Of a DNA stretch of 43,125 nt, positions 17,571-27,674 are shown one piece after another. The notes beneath the pieces are model-generated. The model was not told the origin of the DNA. It saw only the letters and a list, made by a program, of their open reading frames with translations, and made no database searches. Numbering within the stretch: position 1 is the first letter of the stretch; the number at the start of each line of letters is the position of its first letter. A program made the position numbers and the translations under genes. Source of the stretch: a virus (Duplodnaviria > Caudoviricetes); the IMG/VR virus record IMGVR_UViG_3300033407_000041, positions 1-43,125 of that record; one strand, 5' to 3'.

Positions 17571-20500
17571 GTGGCTAAGAACACTGTCCGGATCCAGTAC
17601 GTCAGCGAGACGAAGGATCTCGAGCGCGGCACGAAAAAAGCCGAGAGCCTGCTCGGCGACCTGAACAAGCGCGGCAAAGGCATCTTCAGCGGGCTCTCTA
17701 AGAGCGCTGGCGCGTTCGGGCTCGCGCTTGGGGCTGGTGGCCTCGTGTTCGGCGTCAAGAAGGCGATCGACGCGGCGAGCAACCTCAACGAGAGCGCCGA
17801 CAAAGCCCGGCGGATCTTCGGAGAGGCGAGCGCGGAGGTCGAGAAGTTCGGGGAGGGCGCCGCGACGCAGTTCGGGCTGAGCAAACGCGCCGCCCTCGAC
17901 GCAGCCAGCGGCTTCGGAATCCTGCTCGGCAAGACGGGGGAGGCGCCCGCGCAGATCGCCGCGATGAGCACCCAGCTGGCCGGGCTGTCCGGTGACCTCG
18001 CCAGCTTCGCGAACCTATCGGGAGGCGCGGAGGAGGCCAGCCAGAAGCTGACCAGTGTCCTCGCGGGCGAGACCGAGGCGGGCCGCTCTCTCGGCATCGT
18101 CTTTAACGCGGCGACGGTGGAGGCGAAGGCACTCGCGCTCGGGCTCGCCGACACGGCGAAGGAGCTCACGGAGGGCGACAAGATCCTGGCGCGCTACAAG
18201 ATCGTGCTCGAGGAGACGGCGACGCAGCAGGGCAACTTCGCTGACACCAGCGACGGGCTAGCCAACCAGCAGCGCACCCTTGCCGAGCAGTGGGAGAACG
18301 CCCAGGCCACGCTCGGGCAGAAGCTGCTGCCGCTCGCGACGCAATTGGTGGGCGTGCTCACGGACATGATCCCCGTCATCGTCGGCGTCGTCGACGGTGT
18401 CGACCGCGTGGTGAATGTGTTTGGCGGGTGGAAGGTCGCTTCCGGGTTCATTATCGGCGGCCTGCTGCTCAGCAAGGTCGCGGCGCTCGCAGCGGTGCTC
18501 ACGACGACGCTGGTCCCGGCCCTTGCTGCGGGCACTGCCGGCTTCACCGCCATGGGCCTGGCGGCCGACAAAGCTGCCGCGTCAGCGGCCAGGAGTACAG
18601 CGGCGTCGACAACGAAAGCGGCGACGGTGGGTATAGGAGCGGGTATAGCGGCGGGGACGGCGACGGCATTCCGGACAGTGGCGCGCAAAGCGATCCCGAT
18701 CGCGATCGTAGGTTTCATTACCAAGCAGAGTTTCGACCTCGGCCGGAAGGCCGGCGAGGCGCTCGCTGAAGGATTCTCGGGGCCGTCCGCTACCAAGAAG
18801 TTCGAGGAGAGCGCGCGCAAGGCCGGCTTCGACAGCTTGCAGGCGTGGGCGGACGCGCAGGACGAGGGCCTCAGGATCTGGGCCAGGCTCAATCGTGAAC
18901 GGCTCGAAGACATCGGCATCGACAGCGTCCAGGAACTCGCCGAGACGTACGAGCGGGAGATCAACACCAGGATCGTGAGGCAGTGGGAGACGATCAACAA
19001 GACGAAGGAGCTGAAAGCGAAGTCGGTGCGCGCTTTCGGAGGGATCGGCCGTGACAGCGTGGTCGCGCTCAGCGAGCCGTATAAGGGGTTCGGGACAGCC
19101 GCGATCCGGTTTCTCGCGCCGGCGTACGAGGAGATCCAGAGCTTTGTCGATGAACGGAACGCGCAGATAGCCGAGAGCATCGCGGTCTCGGCCGCGGCCG
19201 CGTTCGACTCAGCGACGTTCGTTGGTGGCCCGGCCTCGTTCACGCGCTCGAGCAGTTTCGGGGACTCCACGCTCAAGGGCGGCACCGGCATCCCAAAGTA
19301 CGACGTTATTATCGCGGCCAAGCAGTGGCTCGGCGTCAACTACGCGTGGGGCGGTGGACGCGCCGGCACCCCCGGCCCGAGCCCCGGTAGCGCAGGCCCC
19401 GCGACCAAGGAAGGCGAGGTCGGCCTCGACTGCTCCGGCCTCATCTACAGCGCATACCGGTCGATCGGTATCACGCTCGCCGCGTCCACGTCGCAGGGAA
19501 TGGCAACCATCGGCCGCGAGGTGTCCCCGGCGAACGAGAGCACGCTCATGCCGGGCGACATCATCATCAACAATGGAGGAAAACACGCTGTCCTCTACGT
19601 CGGTCAAGGCAACGTCATCGCGGCGAGCAGCTCGACCGACAGCGTCGTGATCCAGCCGCTCTCGACACACCTGGCGTTCGGGTTCGTGACCGCGCGCCGC
19701 GTCCTCGAGTCCGGGGAGCAGGCACCTGCCGGATCTGTAGATGATGTCGTCGCGAGTGCCTCCGGCGGCGGAGCGTCGTCAGCCGCGCCCGTTTCGAGAG
19801 GCCGCGGCCGGGCTTCGCCCAAAGCGACCCCAGAGCCTCCGCCGGAGCCGACGTTCCCGGGGATAGAACGGATCAGCAGCCGCATCGAACGCAGGTTCGG
19901 CCGGCTCACCGGCCCCGACACGGGCGAGGTGCTCCGCTTCGACAAGAAGAGCGGCGAGTTCCAGGTCGTCGCGATCAAGCCGAACATCAAAGGCCTGCAG
20001 AAGCTCGCGGTCGAGCTCAGACGCAAGGTGCTGCCGAGGATCCGCCGGAAGATCGCCGCCACGAAGAAAGCGATCGGCCTGCTCGTCGGCAAGAGCAAGA
20101 AGGGCAAGAAGAAGCACCGGCTCGCCCCGAAGGTCCAACGCGAACTAGCGCGGCTGCGCGCCAAGCTGCGTGAGCTGCTCGAGGAGTTCCAGGAGGTCAA
20201 AGCTCTCTTCCAGGAGGTGCGCGCGTCGATCAAGGATCTCGTCGCCGCCGCAGACGACGAGGACGTCACCGACACGGGAGGCGGAGACACCGACCTCGGC
20301 GGCATCGACGACGCGCTCGACCTCGACCTCGCCCAGGCAGAAGGCACCGAAGATACCGCGGACGATATTGCGGCGCTCAGCGCGATCGAGGGCGCCCTAG
20401 AGGCCGACCTCGCCACCGCGTTGGGACAAGGTGATCTCAGTACTGCCGCCCGCATTCAGCGGGAGTTGAACACGATCCGCAGCAGGATCGCGTCGCTCCA

Positions 20501-20789
20501 GGCCAGCGGCACAGACCCCGGCGGCATCCCCACTCCCGATAGAGACGACCCCGACACGCTCGCGCTGCTCCAGCAGGCGCAACTACGCGCAAGCGTCGCC
20601 ACCAGGACAGCGCAACTCAACGCCGCCCTTGTCCGCGCGATCGGCGTCGGCAACAGCGGCACGACCGTGATTTTCCAGAGTGTCGTGCCGACGACTGAGG
20701 ATCAGGCCGCCGCCGCCGCCGGCATCTTCACGCAAGGCCTGAGCCAGCCCGGATTCGTGTCCGCGTCGACGGAGAAGGTCGGTCTCTAG
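17571..20789 (+). CDS. Tape measure protein with NlpC/P60 peptidase domain
   Basis: Ala-rich helical N-half, hydrophobic segments, LGVNYAWGG..LDCSGL..PGDII..HAVLY. Confidence 0.92.
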   Translation: MAKNTVRIQYVSETKDLERGTKKAESLLGDLNKRGKGIFSGLSKSAGAFGLALGAGGLVFGVKKAIDAASNLNESADKARRIFGEASAEVEKFGEGAATQFGLSKRAALDAASGFGILLGKTGEAPAQIAAMSTQLAGLSGDLASFANLSGGAEEASQKLTSVLAGETEAGRSLGIVFNAATVEAKALALGLADTAKELTEGDKILARYKIVLEETATQQGNFADTSDGLANQQRTLAEQWENAQATLGQKLLPLATQLVGVLTDMIPVIVGVVDGVDRVVNVFGGWKVASGFIIGGLLLSKVAALAAVLTTTLVPALAAGTAGFTAMGLAADKAAASAARSTAASTTKAATVGIGAGIAAGTATAFRTVARKAIPIAIVGFITKQSFDLGRKAGEALAEGFSGPSATKKFEESARKAGFDSLQAWADAQDEGLRIWARLNRERLEDIGIDSVQELAETYEREINTRIVRQWETINKTKELKAKSVRAFGGIGRDSVVALSEPYKGFGTAAIRFLAPAYEEIQSFVDERNAQIAESIAVSAAAAFDSATFVGGPASFTRSSSFGDSTLKGGTGIPKYDVIIAAKQWLGVNYAWGGGRAGTPGPSPGSAGPATKEGEVGLDCSGLIYSAYRSIGITLAASTSQGMATIGREVSPANESTLMPGDIIINNGGKHAVLYVGQGNVIAASSSTDSVVIQPLSTHLAFGFVTARRVLESGEQAPAGSVDDVVASASGGGASSAAPVSRGRGRASPKATPEPPPEPTFPGIERISSRIERRFGRLTGPDTGEVLRFDKKSGEFQVVAIKPNIKGLQKLAVELRRKVLPRIRRKIAATKKAIGLLVGKSKKGKKKHRLAPKVQRELARLRAKLRELLEEFQEVKALFQEVRASIKDLVAAADDEDVTDTGGGDTDLGGIDDALDLDLAQAEGTEDTADDIAALSAIEGALEADLATALGQGDLSTAARIQRELNTIRSRIASLQASGTDPGGIPTPDRDDPDTLALLQQAQLRASVATRTAQLNAALVRAIGVGNSGTTVIFQSVVPTTEDQAAAAAGIFTQGLSQPGFVSASTEKVGL

Positions 20790-23633
20790 GTGGCGGCGCT
20801 TCTGAAACTCGTGTGTGCGCGCACGAGACGCGACCTGACGATCGTCGACGGCAGTACGGACACCGGGTACGCGAGGCTGCTGCCGCCGCAGTGGGGCGCG
20901 CCACAGCACCAAACACAGTTCAGTGGCGCTGTCGGGACGCAGGGCGCTCGCTCTGTCGGCGGGACGCTCGCCAACCGCGCGCTCGTCCTGCCCGTCAGGA
21001 TCTCGGGGGCAACACTCGACGAGATGCTCCGGCGGGAGCAGGCGCTCGCGCTCATGGTGGATGAGATGCGCCGGTATGGAGGCGAGATCGTCTGGCGGCC
21101 TACGGGGGCGTCGTTTCGGCAGCGGTTCCAGGTAGTTGACGCCCGGTTGGGTGAGCCTGTGTGGGCGAAACGCAGCGAGGTGACGGGGATCCTCGACGTG
21201 TCGATAGAGGCGACCACGCGCCCGTACGCGCACGGCGACCCCATGTACTCGGACAACCTGCTGGTCGAACCAGGCGAGTGGACGGTCAACGCCGGCACCG
21301 AGGGCACGCACTTCAAGTTCGGCCCAGACGGCGAGTTCCAGGTGCTTGGCTCGACCACGATCCGGCTCACGCACACCGAGTACGGGTACCGCTGGCAGGA
21401 CGGCATGGCCCAGGCGAGCTTCCACCCTGGCGCCACGGGGAACGCGATCCACGTCGCGATGTGCGTCGATCCCGACGATGCGGGCAACGACACGTACCTT
21501 GCCGCGCGGCTCGACAGCAACAGCATCGACCTGATCAAGGTCGAGGACGGGTCGGTCACGCAGCTCGCGACGACTGCGACCGGGTTCGGCGCGTACGAGG
21601 AGCACTGGTTCACCGTCCGCATATATCGCACGGGCGCGCGGCTCGTCGGTCAGGTCTGGAATCAGCAGGTGCCGGGCCTCGTCACGGCCCCTGATCATGA
21701 GGTGCTGCACACGCTGAGCGCGAGCGACCGCAACGCTTTCTATGACGGGACCGTTGGTTTCCAGCTCGTGTCGCCGACCGGGACCGTGTATGTCCGAGAT
21801 TTCGGTTTCTGCGCGTACGGGACGCCGCGGCAGTCCGGCGCGACCGCTAGGCCCTACCAGGTGCCGTGTACCGTCCCGCTCCGTCACATCCCCGGGGACG
21901 CGCCCGCGCTCTGTGATTGGCGCGTAGACATCGACGACGCGGTGCCGGCGTTCGCGCTGCTCGGCTGGTCAAGGTTGCCGCTGCCTCATAACGCGATCTG
22001 GAACGGCGGCGGCGACGCGTGGGCCGGCTTCGACACTGTCGGCTGGTCGGCCGCCGCGGGCCTCTTCAACGCCGCCGCAACCTCGATAAGCAGGATCACT
22101 AGCGACCGGAGCCCGTTCGGCGGCGCCGGGCACTTCCTGAGGGCGACCGTAACCACGAGCGCGGACAGCGGCGTCTTCTTCCGGGTGCCGCCGACGCTCG
22201 CTCAGCCCGACGACCACGAGATCGCTATCGCATGGGTCAAAGCCGACACGCTCACCACGAACGTCGATATCGCTGTCGGCGCCAGCGGCGAAACAGACGC
22301 CAGCCCCGCCGTCGCACTCACGACCGGGTGGCAGCTGCTCAGCGCAATGGTCTCCACACCAATCACGCTGCAAGCCGAACGGGAGTTCACGGTCAGGTCG
22401 AAGGGCACGACCGCCGGGACAATCGACTTCACCGGCGCCAACGTGTTCTACGGGAAGGCCGCGGCGCTGGCCGCATCGCTCAGCGCGAGTGCCCTAACCG
22501 CAACGCTCGAGCGGGTCCCGCCGGAATGGGGCGAGCCCCCGTATTTCGTGTTGATCGACGTGGACACGACCACGCCCGAGGTCTGCCATGTCACGGCCGC
22601 GACCGATACCCAACTGACGTTCGGGGCGCGCGGCCTGATGTTCACCACGGACGCGGCCCACAGCACAGGCGACAGCATCGTGAGGTTGCCGCCCCTCAGG
22701 CACCTGATGGGGCAGGGCGCGCTCCCGCCCGTCGGGATCGTCCCGGCAATCACATCGATAGACACCGGCGGCAGCCCCACCTTGACAAGCACGAGCGCGG
22801 CGCTGTGGGGCGACTGGATGGAGATCCAGAACACCACCACCGCGGCCGACCTGCTCTCGTTCGACTGGCTCGTCGACCCGAGCCTGATCCCGCCAGACGA
22901 GTTCACGGACGGCGAGCTCGCCGTCGAGGTGTGGGCGAAAATCAACTACGACAACGCGTTCAACGGCACCCTCATCGCGAAAGCAGCCCTCGCGCCCGAA
23001 ACAAGCTCGCTCGACGCCGCGGGGAACCTCGTGATCGAGGCCGGTGAGGCGATCTACACGGACGAGCACGGCACGACAGGCAAGACGCTGCTGGAGATGA
23101 CAGACACCGTCGGCGACCCGCGCATGACCCGCGTCGGGACGCTCCGGTTCCCGCGTGACAGCGGCATGGACACCACCGGCCAGCACCGCTGGCGGCTCTG
23201 GTTCGCGCTCGAATGGACGGGCCTGACCGGCACAGGCAAAGTCGGGCTCGACTACCTCCTCCTCGTCCCCGCCGCCAACCGCGCAGCCAGCCCAACCGGG
23301 AAACCCTTGGACTCGACGTACCCGGTGTTCATGCCCGGCACCGCTGGTGACGAGATCGCCAGGATCGTCCACAGCGACCTCAGCTCTGGTCTCGAATTCC
23401 TCAACACCGGGGGGTCTGGCTCGCCAGCGTTCCGGGCGGCCGGGCAGGGCGCGAGCGGTCTCGGCGGCACGCCGATCGAGATCGGTCCGGGAGACGCGCT
23501 CATGGTGCCGTGGCTCGGAAAGCTCGTCCCCGACGACCCGACCGTCGAGAACGTCAGCGAGATCGCGCCGCCCTGGACGAGCGGCATGCAGTTCCGCATC
23601 GTGCCGCGCTACTGGACAGCCAGAGGCGAATAG
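20790..23633 (+). CDS. Distal tail / tail-tip protein with lectin- or CBM-like inserts
   Basis: Follows the tape measure; Dit-like N-terminus (NRALVLPVRI..RPYAHG); NAIWNGG CBM-like start; 947 aa. Confidence 0.7.
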   Translation: MAALLKLVCARTRRDLTIVDGSTDTGYARLLPPQWGAPQHQTQFSGAVGTQGARSVGGTLANRALVLPVRISGATLDEMLRREQALALMVDEMRRYGGEIVWRPTGASFRQRFQVVDARLGEPVWAKRSEVTGILDVSIEATTRPYAHGDPMYSDNLLVEPGEWTVNAGTEGTHFKFGPDGEFQVLGSTTIRLTHTEYGYRWQDGMAQASFHPGATGNAIHVAMCVDPDDAGNDTYLAARLDSNSIDLIKVEDGSVTQLATTATGFGAYEEHWFTVRIYRTGARLVGQVWNQQVPGLVTAPDHEVLHTLSASDRNAFYDGTVGFQLVSPTGTVYVRDFGFCAYGTPRQSGATARPYQVPCTVPLRHIPGDAPALCDWRVDIDDAVPAFALLGWSRLPLPHNAIWNGGGDAWAGFDTVGWSAAAGLFNAAATSISRITSDRSPFGGAGHFLRATVTTSADSGVFFRVPPTLAQPDDHEIAIAWVKADTLTTNVDIAVGASGETDASPAVALTTGWQLLSAMVSTPITLQAEREFTVRSKGTTAGTIDFTGANVFYGKAAALAASLSASALTATLERVPPEWGEPPYFVLIDVDTTTPEVCHVTAATDTQLTFGARGLMFTTDAAHSTGDSIVRLPPLRHLMGQGALPPVGIVPAITSIDTGGSPTLTSTSAALWGDWMEIQNTTTAADLLSFDWLVDPSLIPPDEFTDGELAVEVWAKINYDNAFNGTLIAKAALAPETSSLDAAGNLVIEAGEAIYTDEHGTTGKTLLEMTDTVGDPRMTRVGTLRFPRDSGMDTTGQHRWRLWFALEWTGLTGTGKVGLDYLLLVPAANRAASPTGKPLDSTYPVFMPGTAGDEIARIVHSDLSSGLEFLNTGGSGSPAFRAAGQGASGLGGTPIEIGPGDALMVPWLGKLVPDDPTVENVSEIAPPWTSGMQFRIVPRYWTARGE

Positions 23634-23634
23634 C

Positions 23635-25659
23635 GTGGGCTCGCGTACTCAGCCGACCGTTCGAGTGGAGCGGCTCGGCGGCACGTGGGAGGTGATCGGC
23701 CGCGACCGGCTCCGAGGCGTCGTCGTCGAAGACCTCAACATGAACTACTCGGACTGGGGCCCCGACAGCGCGAGCTTCCGCGTCAAAGCCGTCGGCTCCA
23801 ACATCGCGCGCCCCGAACTGCTGCCGTTCACGCCCGTCGAGGTCGAGCAAGAAGGCCGCGTCATCTGGAGCGGCCGGATCATGGCGAAACCCGTCGACGC
23901 CGACTCCCACTCCGTCCAGTGCGAAGGGTGGCACCACGCCACCCAAGACAACCCGTACCGGAAACTGTACGTTCACCAGCGGCTCTCGGATTACACCGAC
24001 CTGCGGTCTCTCCCCGACATCAACCTGATCGAAGTGGAGTCGGCCGGCCGTGTCCGAAACGAGAACGGGCACATCGTGATCGGCTGGGACAACGGCCACG
24101 CGTTCCCGAGCGCGAACCGGCAGGTCGGTGTCATCTTCGACGCGGGTCACGGCAACGCGATCAAACGCGTCACCTGCGTCTACGAGTCGAGCGACAACAC
24201 GTTCAGGGCGTCGTTCTTCGCCAGAGTCACGAACACTCGCAGCCTCAGCGTCGGTATAGAGGACGCGTTCATCGTCGCCATGGATCAGGGCGCGAGCCGG
24301 ACCGACTCCGGGACGCTCACCAACCCGGGCCGCTACCTCACCCTGTTCATCAACAACGGGTCTGCGCACACGATCGCGGTCGACCAGTACATCCGCATCA
24401 AGGAATGCATCGTAGTCAGCGACACCGCCTACGAGACGGGCGACGCGAGCGCTCTCACTGCGAGCGACGTCGTCACGGACGCGACCGGCCGGCTCGGCAA
24501 GGAGTTCAACGCGAGCACGGCCCTGATCACCGCGACGTCGTTTGTGATCGAGGAGTGGCAGAGCGAGTGGCAGACGCCACGCGAGAACATGGAGGCCGCG
24601 AACGCGATCGAGGACAACCAGATCCGCGTCGCAGGCGACGACCAACGCACGATCGAATACCGGCCGCGACCGACAGCACCCGAGATCGAGGTCGGTGGCG
24701 GCTACGGTTTCCAGGACAGCTCGGAGAGCGGCCAGCTGATCTACAACCGCGTCATCGTCACGGGTAAGGGCGCGGACGGGTTCCCGGTCCAGGTGACGCG
24801 CACGACCGGCGACCTCGTCGGTGTCCCCGTCGAGGCCGTCGACCAGCAGCTCGCCAACGCGAGCTTCGACACCGACCTGAGTGATTGGACGGTCACGTTC
24901 GGATCGGCCGCGAGGATCACCAGCCCGGTCGACAGCTCGCCCGGCGCTATGCGGCTCGACACCGGCGCCACCCCGCTCGTCCGAGCCGTCAACACCTCTT
25001 GGACGAGCAATCTAGTGCTCGGCGTGACGTACGAGCTCTCGTTCGCGCTCCGCGACGTCGGCAGCGTCGTGATGGACGCGATCAACCTCTGGGTCGGCAC
25101 AGACCTGCTCGAGGTCGACCCCGCAGACCTATCCACGTCGGCGTTCACGGTCTTCACGGTCCCGTTCGTTGCCGCCACCGCGCAGCCTGAGGTCGGCGTG
25201 TTCGTCGCGGGGCAGAGCCAGGGGCAGGCGCTGATCGTCGACACGTTCGTTAACCGCACAGCGATCGGTTCGCAGCTCGACAAGCGCGGCCTGACGCGCG
25301 CGCGGGTGCTGCCGATCAGCTCGTCTATCACGGACGCGGTCGCTGAGAAGCTCGGCGAGATCTGGCTGGCGCAGCACAACACGACACCTTTCAGTGGAAG
25401 CCTGACCGTTGTTGGTGACAGGGTCCGCAGGATCCGCGACGGCGTACTTGTCGACCCCGCTCATCTCGGCCAGTACGTTGGTGGCCTGATCCGGCTCAGC
25501 GACCGGATCGACCCTGATAACGGCGGTCTCGGTCGTGACGGGAGGATCGTTGGTCTCACGTACGCGCCAGAGACGCGGACGGCGACGATCGCGATCGACG
25601 ATCGCCGCAACGTGTTCGAGACGATCATCACGAGATACGCGGCACTCGCCGGAGGCTGA
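23635..25659 (+). CDS. Baseplate hub / Tal-like tail protein with CBM-like insert
   Basis: GTG at 23635; IWSGRI, YNRVIVTG, LANASFDTDLSDW motifs. Confidence 0.75.
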   Translation: MGSRTQPTVRVERLGGTWEVIGRDRLRGVVVEDLNMNYSDWGPDSASFRVKAVGSNIARPELLPFTPVEVEQEGRVIWSGRIMAKPVDADSHSVQCEGWHHATQDNPYRKLYVHQRLSDYTDLRSLPDINLIEVESAGRVRNENGHIVIGWDNGHAFPSANRQVGVIFDAGHGNAIKRVTCVYESSDNTFRASFFARVTNTRSLSVGIEDAFIVAMDQGASRTDSGTLTNPGRYLTLFINNGSAHTIAVDQYIRIKECIVVSDTAYETGDASALTASDVVTDATGRLGKEFNASTALITATSFVIEEWQSEWQTPRENMEAANAIEDNQIRVAGDDQRTIEYRPRPTAPEIEVGGGYGFQDSSESGQLIYNRVIVTGKGADGFPVQVTRTTGDLVGVPVEAVDQQLANASFDTDLSDWTVTFGSAARITSPVDSSPGAMRLDTGATPLVRAVNTSWTSNLVLGVTYELSFALRDVGSVVMDAINLWVGTDLLEVDPADLSTSAFTVFTVPFVAATAQPEVGVFVAGQSQGQALIVDTFVNRTAIGSQLDKRGLTRARVLPISSSITDAVAEKLGEIWLAQHNTTPFSGSLTVVGDRVRRIRDGVLVDPAHLGQYVGGLIRLSDRIDPDNGGLGRDGRIVGLTYAPETRTATIAIDDRRNVFETIITRYAALAGG

Positions 25660-25707
25660 GGAGCCAGCCCACGTGAAACACACAACCCGAGAGAGGGAGG
25701 TAGCAGC

Positions 25708-26247
25708 ATGAAATATCCGCCATTGAAGCCAGGGAAATGGGTGTTCTGGGGGGGTGTGGCGGCCCACAATCAGCGCCCATTGGGGAACTGGCAGTCAGAC
25801 CACGCCGTCGACCTGAGGGCGCCACCGTTCACCGCGGTGTTCGCGGTCGAGACCGGCGTGATCAGGAGCCTGGGTTTCAGTGATAACGGGAGCACGGTGT
25901 GGGGCTGGAAGTTCACGCTCGCTGCTGATAGTGGCGAGGAGTATTTCTATGCGCACATGAATCGGCCGAAGCGGTTGGTTGAGGGGCAGCGTGTGAAGGC
26001 TGGCGAGTGGTTGGCCGTGCTTGGTGACCCACCGTATTTCGGGTCGCACTTGCACATGGGTCAGAAGAACGGTGACCCGGAGCTGACGATGCGGCTGCCG
26101 TGGCCCGCGAAGAAAAGGCCGCAGCGGGTCCCGTTCGGTCAACGCAAGATCGCTTGGCGGATCAAGGACAGACGCTGGATCGTCAACCGCTTGAAGAAAG
26201 AACGACGCAGGCTCAGGAAACTGTCGCACAAGGACAGGGAGGGGTAG
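25708..26247 (+). CDS. Endolysin, M23 family peptidase with cationic C-tail
   Basis: SD ggagg; HAVDL, YFYAHM, VKAGE, HLHMG. Confidence 0.85.
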   Translation: MKYPPLKPGKWVFWGGVAAHNQRPLGNWQSDHAVDLRAPPFTAVFAVETGVIRSLGFSDNGSTVWGWKFTLAADSGEEYFYAHMNRPKRLVEGQRVKAGEWLAVLGDPPYFGSHLHMGQKNGDPELTMRLPWPAKKRPQRVPFGQRKIAWRIKDRRWIVNRLKKERRRLRKLSHKDREG

Positions 26248-26251
26248 CCGC

Positions 26252-26491
26252 ATGGCGAACGGCACAACCAGACCCTTCAGCGACGACGGCCTGCTCTACC
26301 GCATCAGCGAACTGGAGCGCCGCATCGAACGCATCGAGTCCTCGAGCGTGCTCGTGAAGCTCGCCGTCCTCGAGGAGACCGTCAAGTCGCTCGGCGACGA
26401 CAGCCGGTCGCTACGCCGCGGCTTCTATACGCTCAGCTTCAGTGTTGTCGGTGCGGCGATCCTCACTGGCATCGGGGTGACGCAGCTGTGA
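26252..26491 (+). CDS. Coiled-coil protein with C-terminal TM helix (XhlA-like lysis protein)
   Basis: Heptads followed by one hydrophobic helix; in the lysis cassette. Confidence 0.65.
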   Translation: MANGTTRPFSDDGLLYRISELERRIERIESSSVLVKLAVLEETVKSLGDDSRSLRRGFYTLSFSVVGAAILTGIGVTQL

Positions 26492-26790
26492 GCGCAGGAT
26501 TGAGGCGTCGCCTTGTCCCGATGGCCGTAGCGGTTGTCGCGGTGCTGGTTGGGCTCGCCGCGTTCCTGTTCGCGGCACAGCATGAGCGAAGCAATCGCGT
26601 GCGCTCTGACCGTGTCGCCTGCCAGGCCAGCAACGAGACGCGGCAGGCTGTCCAGGATGTGTTCGTGCTGCTCCGCCAGGCGGCCGAGCTGGGCGAGACC
26701 GAGCAGCCAAGATCACCAGAGCAGCAGGCGCTATTCGACGTGTTCTTCGCAGGTGTCGTGGAGAAGCTCGCGCTGAGAGAGTGCAAATAG
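26488..26790 (+). CDS. Membrane-anchored lysis-cassette protein
   Basis: N-terminal TM helix, two Cys; GTGA coupling. Confidence 0.6.
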   Translation: MSAGLRRRLVPMAVAVVAVLVGLAAFLFAAQHERSNRVRSDRVACQASNETRQAVQDVFVLLRQAAELGETEQPRSPEQQALFDVFFAGVVEKLALRECK

Positions 26791-26819
26791 TGAGTCCCAT
26801 AACAAGAAGGAGAGAAGTC

Positions 26820-27062
26820 ATGCCGAACGGAACGAAAGCAGGATTGGGTACGTACATCGGGCTGATCATGGTGGGCATCTTCGGAGCTCTATTCGTGTGG
26901 CGGCTATCCTCAGGCGACACGCCGGACGAGTCAAGCGCCTACATCCTCCTGATCCTCGGGGCTGTTAGCGGCCTATTCACGCAGGGTCTCCGGTTCTGGC
27001 AGAACGTTATGCTGGAGATTGGTCGTCGTGGTGAGGCCGCGCAGGAAGATCCCGTCGAATAG
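26820..27062 (+). CDS. Putative holin (2 TM)
   Basis: SD aaggag; two hydrophobic helices; charged C-tail. Confidence 0.65.
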   Translation: MPNGTKAGLGTYIGLIMVGIFGALFVWRLSSGDTPDESSAYILLILGAVSGLFTQGLRFWQNVMLEIGRRGEAAQEDPVE

Positions 27063-27236
27063 GGATCGCCCGGTGAAACCAGTGGCCAGGGCGTGGCCGC
27101 CAGATCCACGACGATTCGCGTGGACAATACGAGGCGTCGCGATCGCCATGTGGGACATTCACGCGGCCACGCTCCCGCAGGCCAGGGCGTGCGCCGCCGC
27201 ACTCACATTGTTCTACGCGGAACGAGCCAGCAACGA

Positions 27237-27581
27237 CTAACCCGGTCGCGAGCGTTCCTCTAGCAGCTCACGCTCCAGGTCCTCCACACGCCGCCTGAGC
27301 GCCAGCTGCCCCTCAAGGGCACGCACCCGATCCTCCAACACATCAACCGGCTCGTCATCTGCCGGCTCGTCCTCACCCCCGTCTCTAGCCGCCTCCCACT
27401 CCTCGCGCCGTCGCCTCATCTCCCTCGGCTCGCCAAAGAACACAAGCAAGAGTACGCCGATCCAGCCGAGAAGGGCTCCCCACAAGAACCCGAAATCACG
27501 TCCGGCCTTCGACCCGATCACGTGCGCAACCCAAGTAGGAACGACCCAGAAGACGAGGACTAAGCCGACCAGCTCAATCAT
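27237..27581 (-). CDS. Membrane protein in the immunity region (superinfection-exclusion-like)
   Basis: Two TM segments (KAGRDFGFLWGALLGWIG) plus acidic coiled coil; same strand as cI. Confidence 0.7.
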   Translation of the reverse strand: MIELVGLVLVFWVVPTWVAHVIGSKAGRDFGFLWGALLGWIGVLLLVFFGEPREMRRRREEWEAARDGGEDEPADDEPVDVLEDRVRALEGQLALRRRVEDLERELLEERSRPG

Positions 27582-27636
27582 CGCTCACTCCCCTTCTTGC
27601 CGCGGCATGCGTCTCAGCTTACGCGAGGTTGCGAGG

Positions 27637-27648
27637 GAACGGGTGTTC
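27637..27648. promoter_or_regulatory. Gram-positive/actinobacterial LexA (SOS) box
   Basis: GAAC-gggt-GTTC fits GAAC-RNRY-GTTC; intergenic, between divergent TANNNT boxes. Confidence 0.55.
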
Positions 27649-27674
27649 CACTACGGATACCGTACGGCGTTCCC

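Noticed and set aside
25665-25680. Chromosomal parS-like CACGTGAAACA in an intergenic gap
   Set aside because: Only 11 of 16 positions match, with one arm missing; single copy; could be chance
27073-27240. 55-aa ORF after the holin
   Set aside because: Weak RBS, no motif, and overlaps the convergent gene end; cannot be supported
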